Position numbers and translations under genes: made by a program. Below, in pieces: positions 26,920-38,234 of a stretch of 64,000 nt of DNA (position 1 is its first letter; every line of letters begins with the position of its first letter). Below the pieces are notes generated by a model. That model did no database searches. It had not been told where the DNA came from and worked only from the letters and a program-made list of their open reading frames with translations. The stretch comes from an uncultured bacterium. GTDB lineage: Bacteria > Desulfobacterota > Deferrimicrobia > J040. The stretch is taken from contig CAYFXN010000003.1 in the NCBI GenBank assembly GCA_964347065.1, forward strand, positions 1,971 through 65,970, given 5' to 3'.

Positions 26920-29424
26920 ATGAAAGCTGTGGTCATGGCCGGGGGGTTTGGAACGAGATTGCGTCCTCTGACAGAAGACATTCCAAAACCAATGGTCCCC
27001 GTTGTGAACCTCCCAATGATGGAACATGTGATCAACGTCTTGAAAAAAAGCGGTGTTACCGAATTGATAGTCCTTTTGTTCTTTCAACCGGATAAAATAA
27101 CCAACTATTTTCGAGACGGTTCCGACTTTGGCGTGAACATCCAGTACATTACACCAGGGGCTGATTATGGAACTGCCGGCGCGGTCAAGCAGGGGTCTCA
27201 TCTTCTCGGGGATGATGAGGACTTTATCGTAATTAGTGCCGATATCATAACCGACATAGATCTTTCCGAGGCTCTTACGTTTCACCAAAAGAAAGGATCC
27301 CTCGCCACGATAGTACTGACGAGGGTTGAAAATCCTCTCGAGTACGGTATCGTCATCATCGACAAATCGGGAAAGATTAAAAAATTTCTCGAAAAACCTT
27401 CATGGGGGGAGGTGTTCAGCGACACGGTCAATACGGGCATTTATATTCTCCGGAAAGACGTGCTCGCATACATTCCCGAAGAAGAATTCGATTTCAGCAA
27501 ACAGTTGTTCCCGAATATGCTCGCATCTGAGTTGCCCCTCTTTGGTTTTGTATCAGGCGGATACTGGAAGGACGTGGGAAACCTCGATGAGTATCTCAAC
27601 GTCCATCAAGATATATTTGCCAGGAGGGTGTCACTGGAATTCCCGGGGAAGGAAATCCGGAAGGGAGTTTTTGCAGGCCAGGGGACAAGGATAGATTTTA
27701 CTACCTCGATAGAAAATTCAATTATTGGGCGGAATGCGAAAATAGGACAAAACGTCACCATCATCGATTCCGTTATTGGTGACAACAGTAAAGTCGAAGA
27801 TGAAGCTGACATCAGTGCTTCAGTGATCTGGAATAAGGTTGTCGTTAAAAGAGGTGTAAAGATCAACGGTGCTATCGTGGGTTCCGAGGTTACCATCGGG
27901 TCCGGTTCCAGGATAAAAGACAGGGCGGTCATATCGAAGGGCTGCACTATAGGAAGGAATGCCTTGGTGAGGGAAAAGATAAAGGTTTATCCGGGCAAGA
28001 TCGTAGAAGATGGGTCTGTGGTCTCTTCCAGCTTGATATGGGGAGAAAAATGGAGCAGATCCATATTCGGAGCATTTGGAATTTATGGTCTTGCTAATTT
28101 AGAAATATCTCCCGAATTTGCTGCAAAGCTCGGTGCGTCATTTGCAGCCTCTTTCGGAAGAGAAGTTACGATTTCAACGAGCAGGGACTCTCACAAGGCT
28201 TCGAGGATGATAAATAGGGCTATCATGACGGGAGCCCTTTCTGTGGGGTGTAACATTCACGATTACGGTGTTACCCCCCTCCCGGTAGTGCGCTACATCA
28301 CGAGAAGCAATCGGGAGGAATTTGGGGGAATTCATACAAGGCGTTCGCCCTTCAACCCAGAATATATCGATATTAAGTTTTTTGATGAGAACGGGCTCGA
28401 CCAGAGAACAGCAGTCGAGCGAAACATCGAGCGCTTGTTTTTCCGGGAAGATTTTCCCAGGGCGGATATGGAAAATACAGGAGAGATAACTTTTCCCGCC
28501 GGCTCTATCGATTTCTACATCAGCGGCTTTTTCCGTTCGATCGACCAGGATTCGATCCGAAAGGGCTCTTTTTCTCTCGTCATAGATTACTCATACGGCG
28601 CTTCATCTCTCATCTTTCCCAGGATTTTGGGTCAAATGGGCGTTGAGACAATAGCGCTCAATGCAATTTTCGACGAAACGAAACTGACCAGGAGCAGGGA
28701 TGAGTTCGAACGGGCCCTGAGCAATCTCGGCAGGATAGTCCGGTCGCTCAATGCCGATCTGGGGGTTCTCTTGGATGCTGGTGCAGAGAAAATATTTCTC
28801 TGCGATGATAAGGGTGAGATCATAGATGATATGATGGCCCTTCTCGTGTATGCCTATCTGATTTCAGCGCAAAATCCTGGCCAGTCGATTGCCGTTCCGG
28901 TGACGACATCAAGGAATGTGGATGCTCTCGCGTCGAAATTCAGAGTTGATGTGAAGAGAACGGGATCCCTCCCCAGGTCATTGATGGATGAAGCCAGACG
29001 GGAAAATTTTTCCCTTGTCGCCGATAACCAGGGGGGGTTCATCTTCCCCATGTTCCATCCGGCATTCGACGGTATGTTCAGCATCGTAAAATTGCTTGAA
29101 TTTCTGTCCGGGGAAAGAACGAGTCTCTCGGAAGTTGTGAGGGAGTTGCCCGCTACCCACCTGCGAAGCAGGAACGTACCCGTTTCGTGGGAGAAGAAGG
29201 GGTGGGTAATGAGAAAACTCGTTGAATTCTCAGAAGGAAAAAACGCCGATCTCATCGATGGCGTCAAAATCTACAAGGAAGATGGTGACTGGGTTCTGGT
29301 AGTCCCGAGCCAGGATGAGGCGTATTTTAGAATCTACGCAGAAGCTGACAGCGAAAAGAAGGTGAGCAGTCTCCTTTCGGAGTATACTGATCTCATTGAA
29401 AGTTGGAAGGAGAGCCGAATTTGA
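26920..29424 (+). CDS. Fused sugar-1-phosphate nucleotidylyltransferase (GMPP-like, with left-handed beta-helix) / phosphohexomutase (PMM/PGM-like) bifunctional protein
   Basis: 834 aa. N-terminus MKAVVMAGGFGTRLRPLT (NTP-transferase G-loop), hexapeptide-repeat middle, and a C-terminal half with alpha-D-phosphohexomutase domain organisation. Confidence 0.7.
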   Translation: MKAVVMAGGFGTRLRPLTEDIPKPMVPVVNLPMMEHVINVLKKSGVTELIVLLFFQPDKITNYFRDGSDFGVNIQYITPGADYGTAGAVKQGSHLLGDDEDFIVISADIITDIDLSEALTFHQKKGSLATIVLTRVENPLEYGIVIIDKSGKIKKFLEKPSWGEVFSDTVNTGIYILRKDVLAYIPEEEFDFSKQLFPNMLASELPLFGFVSGGYWKDVGNLDEYLNVHQDIFARRVSLEFPGKEIRKGVFAGQGTRIDFTTSIENSIIGRNAKIGQNVTIIDSVIGDNSKVEDEADISASVIWNKVVVKRGVKINGAIVGSEVTIGSGSRIKDRAVISKGCTIGRNALVREKIKVYPGKIVEDGSVVSSSLIWGEKWSRSIFGAFGIYGLANLEISPEFAAKLGASFAASFGREVTISTSRDSHKASRMINRAIMTGALSVGCNIHDYGVTPLPVVRYITRSNREEFGGIHTRRSPFNPEYIDIKFFDENGLDQRTAVERNIERLFFREDFPRADMENTGEITFPAGSIDFYISGFFRSIDQDSIRKGSFSLVIDYSYGASSLIFPRILGQMGVETIALNAIFDETKLTRSRDEFERALSNLGRIVRSLNADLGVLLDAGAEKIFLCDDKGEIIDDMMALLVYAYLISAQNPGQSIAVPVTTSRNVDALASKFRVDVKRTGSLPRSLMDEARRENFSLVADNQGGFIFPMFHPAFDGMFSIVKLLEFLSGERTSLSEVVRELPATHLRSRNVPVSWEKKGWVMRKLVEFSEGKNADLIDGVKIYKEDGDWVLVVPSQDEAYFRIYAEADSEKKVSSLLSEYTDLIESWKESRI

Positions 29425-30065
29425 GGTTGAGCCAGGATCCGGATGTGGTGAACGCCTGTCTCGAAGTGAGCCCTTTTTTCGAAAATACGTACGTATTCGG
29501 AAGAAAGGACGAGGGGAAATGTCTTATCATCGATCCCGGAGACGACCCCGAAAAAGTATTACGAACGGCCGAGTTCCATGGGCTGGAGGTTGAGTGCATA
29601 CTTTTGACCCACGGACACCTCGATCACGTGATTGGATGCCAACGGATCAGGGAAAGGATTGGCTGCAAAGTCGGTATTCACAGGCTTGATGAAGAGATGT
29701 TCGTCAACTCAAGCAGGCAGGGGGTCGTTTTGGGTTACCCCGCAAGCGACCAGAGCTCACCAGATTTTTATCTGGAAGAGGGTGATGAGCTGGAACTGGC
29801 AGGCTTTCACATAAAAGTTCTCCATACTCCCGGCCACACACCCGGGAGCGTCTGTCTGCACACGGGAGATATCCTTTTTTCAGGCGACCTTCTTTTCGCG
29901 GGGTCGATCGGCAGGACGGATCTGCCCGGTGGATCGTATGAAAAGTTGATTAAATCGGTTGTCAATAAAGTGTTCACGCTCGATGATGATACGCTCGTGT
30001 ATCCCGGTCACGGTCCGAGAACGACGGTGGGTTTCGAAAAGAAGCACAATCCATTTTTCATTTGA
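29403..30065 (+). CDS. MBL-fold metallo-hydrolase (glyoxalase II-like)
   Basis: HxHxDH motif (LLTHGHLDHVIG), downstream HTPGHTPGS and D...H ligands. TTG start overlaps the preceding stop; the start is uncertain. Confidence 0.7.
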   Translation: MEGEPNLRLSQDPDVVNACLEVSPFFENTYVFGRKDEGKCLIIDPGDDPEKVLRTAEFHGLEVECILLTHGHLDHVIGCQRIRERIGCKVGIHRLDEEMFVNSSRQGVVLGYPASDQSSPDFYLEEGDELELAGFHIKVLHTPGHTPGSVCLHTGDILFSGDLLFAGSIGRTDLPGGSYEKLIKSVVNKVFTLDDDTLVYPGHGPRTTVGFEKKHNPFFI

Positions 30066-30074
30066 GGGATCAGG

Positions 30075-31274
30075 ATGGAATGGTTGAAGGAAAAAACGGT
30101 TGTCCTGGGAATAACCGGAGGCATATCGGCTTACAGGGCCTGTGACATCGTAAGATTGATGATCCAGGATGGAGCCACGGTACACGTGGTGATGACAAAA
30201 GCTGCGCTGGAGTTCATAACCCCCCTTACGTTACAAACGCTTTCCCAGAACATGGTGGTGACAGATCTGTTCGATCTCATCACAGAATCGCGCATTGGCC
30301 ATATCTCGCTTGCGCAGGGTGCCGATCTGCTGCTCGTTTCGCCGGCCACGGCAAATATTATCGGGAAATTTGCAAATGGCATTGCAGACGACATGCTCTC
30401 CACCCTCTACCTTGCAACAGAGGCGCCGACGGTCATGGCCCCTGCGATGAACGAGAAGATGTTTGAAAATATCGTGGTCCAGGACAACATCCGGAAGCTG
30501 AGAGACAGAGGCGTGTTCATCGTTGATCCCGCCTGGGGGGATCTTGCCTGCGGAGATACGGGGTGGGGGAGGCTTGCCCCCGTGGAGCAGATTGTTGAAG
30601 CTGTCCGGTCAGTTTTATCTCCCCGCGTTATGGAGGGAAAAAAAGTTCTCGTAACGGCCGGCCCGACAGCCGAACCTGTTGATCCCGTGAGAGAACTAAC
30701 GAACAGGTCTTCGGGAAAGATGGGATTCGCGCTGGCGAAGGTGGCGAACAGGCTCGGGGCGGAAGTTGTCCTCATCTCAGGTCCTGTTGCCCTTGAAGAT
30801 CCCTGGTTTGTAAAAACAGTGCGGGTGAGAACCGGGGAAGAGATGTACCGTGCTGTCATGGACAATATCGATGGCGCTGATATTGTGGTAAAAGCTGCTG
30901 CTGTGGCCGACTTTAAGCCTTCGCGGGCGGCTGCGAAGAAGGTGAAGAAAGATGCGTTTGCCGGCACGTTAAAGCTGGATCGGAGCAGGGACATACTCGC
31001 AACAATCGGAAAGATGACCCCAAAACCTTACCTCATAGGCTTTGCTGCGGAGACAGAGAAGCTGCGTGAGAATGCACGCAAGAAGATGGAAGAGAAAAAT
31101 ATCGATGCGATTGTCACAAACGATGTTTCAAGAGATGATATCGGATTCTCTTCGGATTATAACGAAGCCAATCTCTACTTCCGGGATGGGACAGAAGTTT
31201 TCATCCCGAAAGATGAGAAGGATGCAGTTGCTTTCCGAATCCTCGAGAGCGTTTCCAAGAGGCTTGCTCTATAG
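30075..31274 (+). CDS. coaBC: Bifunctional phosphopantothenoylcysteine decarboxylase / phosphopantothenate--cysteine ligase
   Basis: 399 aa. N-terminal flavoprotein domain (ITGGISAYRACD) and C-terminal CoaB ligase domain. Confidence 0.85.
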   Translation: MEWLKEKTVVLGITGGISAYRACDIVRLMIQDGATVHVVMTKAALEFITPLTLQTLSQNMVVTDLFDLITESRIGHISLAQGADLLLVSPATANIIGKFANGIADDMLSTLYLATEAPTVMAPAMNEKMFENIVVQDNIRKLRDRGVFIVDPAWGDLACGDTGWGRLAPVEQIVEAVRSVLSPRVMEGKKVLVTAGPTAEPVDPVRELTNRSSGKMGFALAKVANRLGAEVVLISGPVALEDPWFVKTVRVRTGEEMYRAVMDNIDGADIVVKAAAVADFKPSRAAAKKVKKDAFAGTLKLDRSRDILATIGKMTPKPYLIGFAAETEKLRENARKKMEEKNIDAIVTNDVSRDDIGFSSDYNEANLYFRDGTEVFIPKDEKDAVAFRILESVSKRLAL

Positions 31275-31964
31275 ATGGCCCGAGCAACACGCACGGAAAT
31301 AATTGCCCGTTATCTGGACTTGATAGGGGTTTCCCACGTGCCGGCTCGACCTGTCCGGGTTCTCAATCGTGGTTCCGCGAAACAGGAAATTGCTTCTTTG
31401 ACGGGGAGAAAAAGGGAGCTCAATGAACTGAGAGAACACATAGGTAACTGCACGAGATGCAGGCTCTGCGAGGGAAGGAAGAATGTCGTATTCGGTGTTG
31501 GGAACCCGGATACCGACATCATGTTTATCGGAGAGGGGCCAGGCGTCGATGAGGACATTCAGGGAGAACCCTTCGTCGGCGCTGCCGGAAAAAGGTTGAA
31601 TCTATGGATTGCGAGACTCGGGTATGAGAGGAAAGATGTATATATAGCAAATATCGTTAAATGCAGACCACCCGGAAACAGGACTCCAAGGCCCGATGAG
31701 GCTGCAACCTGTCTCCCCTTTCTCAAAAGACAGATCGATATCATTGCGCCGAAACTCATTGTTACCCTGGGGGGGCCCGCCCTGAATTATCTCCTCGGGA
31801 GAAATGAACGCATCACCAGGGTACGGGGGACACGGTTTCTCTACGCGGATATTCCTTTGTTCCCCACCTATCACCCCGCATATATCTTGCGAAATCCTGC
31901 CAGAGAGAAGGAAGTGTTCCTCGACCTGGACACAATGAAAGATTTATTGGAGAAAAAGTTATGA
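31275..31964 (+). CDS. Uracil-DNA glycosylase, family 4 (Fe-S type), with an N-terminal extension
   Basis: GEGPGVDEDIQGEPFVGAAGKRL and Cys ligands (NCTRCRLCEG). The ATG at 31275 directly abuts the coaBC stop. A TTG at 31399 would give a canonical-length family-4 UDG. Confidence 0.75.
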   Translation: MARATRTEIIARYLDLIGVSHVPARPVRVLNRGSAKQEIASLTGRKRELNELREHIGNCTRCRLCEGRKNVVFGVGNPDTDIMFIGEGPGVDEDIQGEPFVGAAGKRLNLWIARLGYERKDVYIANIVKCRPPGNRTPRPDEAATCLPFLKRQIDIIAPKLIVTLGGPALNYLLGRNERITRVRGTRFLYADIPLFPTYHPAYILRNPAREKEVFLDLDTMKDLLEKKL

Positions 31965-32101
31965 TGCATTACGGTTTTCACGCATCCTCTGCTCTTAATT
32001 TTTCTCAGAATAACCATAAAAATGGTATCATTGAACAGGTGAAATTATTTGTTTGAATGGCAATGTAATCGTGGAAAATGTAAAAAATTGATGTATTTCG
32101 C

Positions 32102-33481
32102 TTGCGATTTTCCGATCGATTGCATTCTCCATTTTTTCTTTTCTCGGAGGATGGTTTGTCGGGTAACTTGCATAGAAAAGCAGCTTTTGCATCTCTCATC
32201 CTAACTCTCCTGCTCATATCTCTCCAGGTAAATTCTGCGCCGGGAAAAACTCCCTTTGCGGGTGAAATTGTGGTCATTAAGGTTACCGCCACCATCAATC
32301 CTGCCATTTCAGATTTCATATCCACTTCGCTAGATGATGCGGAGGAAAAATCTGCAAATGCCGCCGTAATTCAGATGGATACTCCCGGTGGGCTCGACCT
32401 TGCAATGAGGGATATTATCAAGAGGATCCTCAGCGCTGAAGTGCCTGTCATCGTTTATGTCTCACCTTCAGGGGCTCGAGCAGCTTCGGCGGGAGTTCTG
32501 ATCACACTGGCATCGGATGTTGCTGCCATGTCCCCGGGAACGAACATCGGTGCTGCACATCCTGTCGGGATAGGCGGCGGAAAGATGGATGAGACGATGG
32601 CAGAGAAAATTGCGAATGACGCAGCAGCATATGCCAGATCCATCGCGGAGAAAAAGGGGAGAAATGCAGATTGGGCCGAAGAGGCGGTAAGGAAAAGCAC
32701 CTCCTTGACTGAGAAAGAAGCACTGCAAAAGAACGTCATAGACCTTGTTGCCGAGGATCTGAGCGACCTGTTCGATAAGGTGGATGGCTGGAAAGTTGAT
32801 AAAAACGGGGTGCAATATATCATCCAATCAAAGACGGCCTCCGTTGTTTTTCGTAAAATGGGATTACGCCACAGGATTCTCAACGCCCTCTCAGATCCCA
32901 ATGTTGCATACATCCTGCTCATGCTCGGGATATATGGCGTTTTCTTCGAGTTATCGAATCCCGGGGCAATCTTTCCGGGCATTGTGGGTGGGATATGCCT
33001 CATCCTTGGTTTTTATGCCCTTCAAACGCTTTCGGTAAACTATGCCGGTTTTCTTCTCATTGCTCTGGCCATGATACTGTTCATCCTAGAGATAAAGGTA
33101 CCTAGTTACGGGATGCTCTCTGTTGGGGGCATTATCGCGCTTTTTCTCGGCTCAATTATGCTTTTTCATTCAAGAGAACCATATTTGAGGATTTCCATGA
33201 AGACACTCGTTCCAATGATTGTATTTTCGGCCCTCTTTTTCGGCGTGATCATTTTCCTTGCGATCAGGTCACAAAAGCAAAAGGTCAAAACAGGGTTTGA
33301 AGCGATCGTCGGAGAGGCGGGGAAAGCGACCTCGTTAATCAGTGAAACGGGCAAGGTATTTGTCGCGGGAGAGATTTGGGATGCCGTGTCAGACGTTGTG
33401 ATTCAGGAGGGCGAGGAGATCGTTGTAACCGGAAAGCAGGGCTTCAAGCTCTTCGTGAAGCCAAAGGAGATAAAAGAATAA
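32102..33481 (+). CDS. NfeD-family membrane-bound ClpP-class serine protease
   Basis: Signal peptide, ClpP-like protease domain, multi-TM region and C-terminal OB-fold (GKVFVAGEIWDAV). Paired with a downstream SPFH gene. The start is ambiguous: the TTG at 32156 follows a GGAGGA RBS. Confidence 0.7.
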   Translation: MRFSDRLHSPFFLFSEDGLSGNLHRKAAFASLILTLLLISLQVNSAPGKTPFAGEIVVIKVTATINPAISDFISTSLDDAEEKSANAAVIQMDTPGGLDLAMRDIIKRILSAEVPVIVYVSPSGARAASAGVLITLASDVAAMSPGTNIGAAHPVGIGGGKMDETMAEKIANDAAAYARSIAEKKGRNADWAEEAVRKSTSLTEKEALQKNVIDLVAEDLSDLFDKVDGWKVDKNGVQYIIQSKTASVVFRKMGLRHRILNALSDPNVAYILLMLGIYGVFFELSNPGAIFPGIVGGICLILGFYALQTLSVNYAGFLLIALAMILFILEIKVPSYGMLSVGGIIALFLGSIMLFHSREPYLRISMKTLVPMIVFSALFFGVIIFLAIRSQKQKVKTGFEAIVGEAGKATSLISETGKVFVAGEIWDAVSDVVIQEGEEIVVTGKQGFKLFVKPKEIKE

Positions 33482-33617
33482 TAACAGCAATTTATAAACT
33501 AATTGTTCAAGAAACAATTAAAATTATTTCTCTCCGAGTAACGATGTGTATCGACGTCCGCCGGGCTTCTCTCGTTCGCCCATGTGACGGAAGTTATTAA
33601 AATTAAGGAGGCAAAAA

Positions 33618-34385
33618 ATGTTTTTACCCGTTGCTCTTATCATTCTTCTCCTGATATTCCTCAGTGCAGCAATCAAAATCCTCAAGGAGTACGTCCGGGG
33701 TGTCGTCTTCAGGCTCGGCAGAGTGATAGGAGAAAAGGGCCCCGGGTTAATCATTTTGATACCCTTCATAGATAAGCTTGTCAAGGTCGACCTTCGAACC
33801 GTCACGATGGATGTTCCCCCCCAGGATATCATCACCCGGGATAATGTCTCGGTGAAGGTAAATGCCGTCGTCTATTTCAGGGTTATGGATGCGGTCAAAG
33901 CGGTCGTGTCGGTGGAGAACTATCTTTACGCAACGTCACAGCTTGCCCAGACCACGTTGCGGAGCGTTTGCGGGCAGGCAGAACTGGACGAACTGTTGAC
34001 CGAACGGGACAAGATCAATAATGAACTGCAGGAAATTCTCGACAGACACACCGACCCGTGGGGGGTCAAAGTCTCTATGGTGGAAGTGAAGCACATAGAT
34101 CTCCCGCAGGAAATGCAGCGGGCGATGGCCAAGCAGGCCGAGGCGGAAAGGGAGAGGAGGGCGAAAGTCATCGCTGCAGAAGGTGAATTTCAGGCTTCGC
34201 AGAAGCTTTATCAGGCATCGGATATCATAAGTAAGAATCCCGTCGCGATCCAGCTGCGATTTCTCCAGACGGTTTCAGAGGTAGCATCGGAGAAAAATAT
34301 GACCATCTTTCTCCCCATTCCCGTTGAACTGTTGAAGCCGTTCATGGAAAGGAAAGGCCGAGGGTCGGATGAAGGGGGCGATTGA
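33618..34385 (+). CDS. SPFH/band-7 (stomatin/prohibitin-like) membrane protein
   Basis: N-terminal TM helix and SPFH domain ([28 protein letters not shown]...). ATG with AAGGAGG RBS. Confidence 0.85.
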   Translation: MFLPVALIILLLIFLSAAIKILKEYVRGVVFRLGRVIGEKGPGLIILIPFIDKLVKVDLRTVTMDVPPQDIITRDNVSVKVNAVVYFRVMDAVKAVVSVENYLYATSQLAQTTLRSVCGQAELDELLTERDKINNELQEILDRHTDPWGVKVSMVEVKHIDLPQEMQRAMAKQAEAERERRAKVIAAEGEFQASQKLYQASDIISKNPVAIQLRFLQTVSEVASEKNMTIFLPIPVELLKPFMERKGRGSDEGGD

Positions 34386-34443
34386 GCCGTTTTAAACCGG
34401 TATCCGCACCGTTTTAATCGATAGCAGAAACAGGGATAACCCG

Positions 34444-35661
34444 TTGACATCTGTCTTCCACATATGTGTTTCGTCATCGGGCGGGTCGAGACGGTCTTTT
34501 TGGGTCCTTACTCTCCTCCTCGTCTTATCCTGTGCAGGAAGAGACATTGCCGTCAAGAAATCGCCTTCTCTACCACCACCGCCATCTCCTCCTCTCCAAA
34601 CTGCAAAGCCGGAGCTGATCGAACCCTCCGTGAGGGTTCTTGTGAAAAAGAATCTCAATAGCCTCACCGTCAGCCAGGGTGATTATGTCATCAAGACGAG
34701 AGGGGGAGAGGTCGTTTCCCTCGGGGATCGGACCGTCAGCTTGAGAGCGAGGGAGGGATCGTTGCTCGAGGGGGAGAAAAGGTTCGGCGAGGAATTGGTC
34801 CTCGTGTCACGGGTACCGGTCTCCATCGATGGGGTCCTCTATTCCGGACGGGTGGTTTTTCATCCCACCGAAGCAGGAATTGATCTGATCGACCAAGTAA
34901 ACGTGGAGCGATACGTCGCTTCCGTTTTGAAAAGCGAGATTCCCACTTCTTTTGCCTTCGAGGCAAAAAAAGCTATAGCCATTGCCGTTCGGTCGTATAC
35001 TCTCTACCGGATGAAGAGAGCAAGAGAGGGACACTACCACCTGGATAACTCGAACATTTCTCAAGTGTACAGGGGGGTTGACGGTATTGAAGACGAATTC
35101 GTGAGGGCTGCCGAAGAAACGCGGGGAATGGTGGTTACATACGGGGACGAACCTGCCCTCACGGTCTATCACGCCATCTGCGGAGGCTACACCGAAAATG
35201 CCTACGATGTGTGGCAAACAGATATGAACTATCTACGTTCTGTTTCGTGCGGCTATTGTAACGATTCAAGCGGATTCCGGTGGGCCCTCGAGATCATACC
35301 GGAGGACTTTATGGGTCTCCTGAAAAAGGGAGAAGTGGAGGGAGAGAGACTTATATCCCTGAGGCCGGGGGCCAGGACGAGAACCGGGAGGGTGAGAACG
35401 TTAATGGTTTCGACCGATACCGGTACATGGGAGATCCCATCATCGAGACTACGCGCTGATATCGGATATGCGCTTATGAAAAGCACAAACTTCTCGGTTA
35501 AGATGAGAGAAGGTATGATATCCCTTTCAGGGAAAGGCTACGGGCATGGCGTCGGGCTATGTCAATACGGGGCCGACGGAATGGCGAATCGGGGGTTTGG
35601 ATTCGTTGAGATTTTGCGGCACTATTACGGAAAGGAAATAGAGATAGACACTTTTTATTGA
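34444..35661 (+). CDS. SpoIID/LytB-domain protein (putative lipoprotein, amidase-enhancer-like)
   Basis: SpoIID signature (VYHAICGGYTENAYDVW, LCQYGA). Lipobox-like LLLVLSC after a basic N-region. TTG start. Confidence 0.7.
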   Translation: MTSVFHICVSSSGGSRRSFWVLTLLLVLSCAGRDIAVKKSPSLPPPPSPPLQTAKPELIEPSVRVLVKKNLNSLTVSQGDYVIKTRGGEVVSLGDRTVSLRAREGSLLEGEKRFGEELVLVSRVPVSIDGVLYSGRVVFHPTEAGIDLIDQVNVERYVASVLKSEIPTSFAFEAKKAIAIAVRSYTLYRMKRAREGHYHLDNSNISQVYRGVDGIEDEFVRAAEETRGMVVTYGDEPALTVYHAICGGYTENAYDVWQTDMNYLRSVSCGYCNDSSGFRWALEIIPEDFMGLLKKGEVEGERLISLRPGARTRTGRVRTLMVSTDTGTWEIPSSRLRADIGYALMKSTNFSVKMREGMISLSGKGYGHGVGLCQYGADGMANRGFGFVEILRHYYGKEIEIDTFY

Positions 35662-35665
35662 AACG

Positions 35666-37833
<2,168 letters not shown>

Positions 37834-37866
37834 CGAAGTACTCATGTTCACAGATGGAGGTGTGTG

Positions 37867-38199
37867 ATGATGTTCGGATCGATCGCGTTTGCCATGGGAC
37901 AGAAGGGGGCAGGCGGCTCTTCCGGTCTGGTTGGCCTCGTGCCCCTTGTTCTCATGTTTGTTATCTTTTATTTTATCCTTATCAGGCCCCAGCAAAAACA
38001 GGTCAAGAGGCACCAGGAATTTATAAAAAATTTAAAAAAGGGCGATAGAGTCGTTACCACCGGGGGACTTCACGGATCTATAACCGGCCTCACCGATACC
38101 GTCGTAACCCTTGATATTGCAGATAACGTGAGGGTCAAGGTATCGAGAAGCGCCGTAGCGGGATTGAGCAAAGATCAGACCTCCACCCAACAGCAATAA
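37867..38199 (+). CDS. yajC: Preprotein translocase subunit YajC
   Basis: Single TM helix plus the conserved RPQQKQVKRHQEFIKNLKKGDRVVTTGGLHG motif. GGAGG RBS 7 nt upstream of the ATG at 37867. Confidence 0.85.
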   Translation: MMFGSIAFAMGQKGAGGSSGLVGLVPLVLMFVIFYFILIRPQQKQVKRHQEFIKNLKKGDRVVTTGGLHGSITGLTDTVVTLDIADNVRVKVSRSAVAGLSKDQTSTQQQ

Positions 38200-38234
38200 G
38201 ATCAATCGATAAAACTGATGAGGAGTCTTATGAG

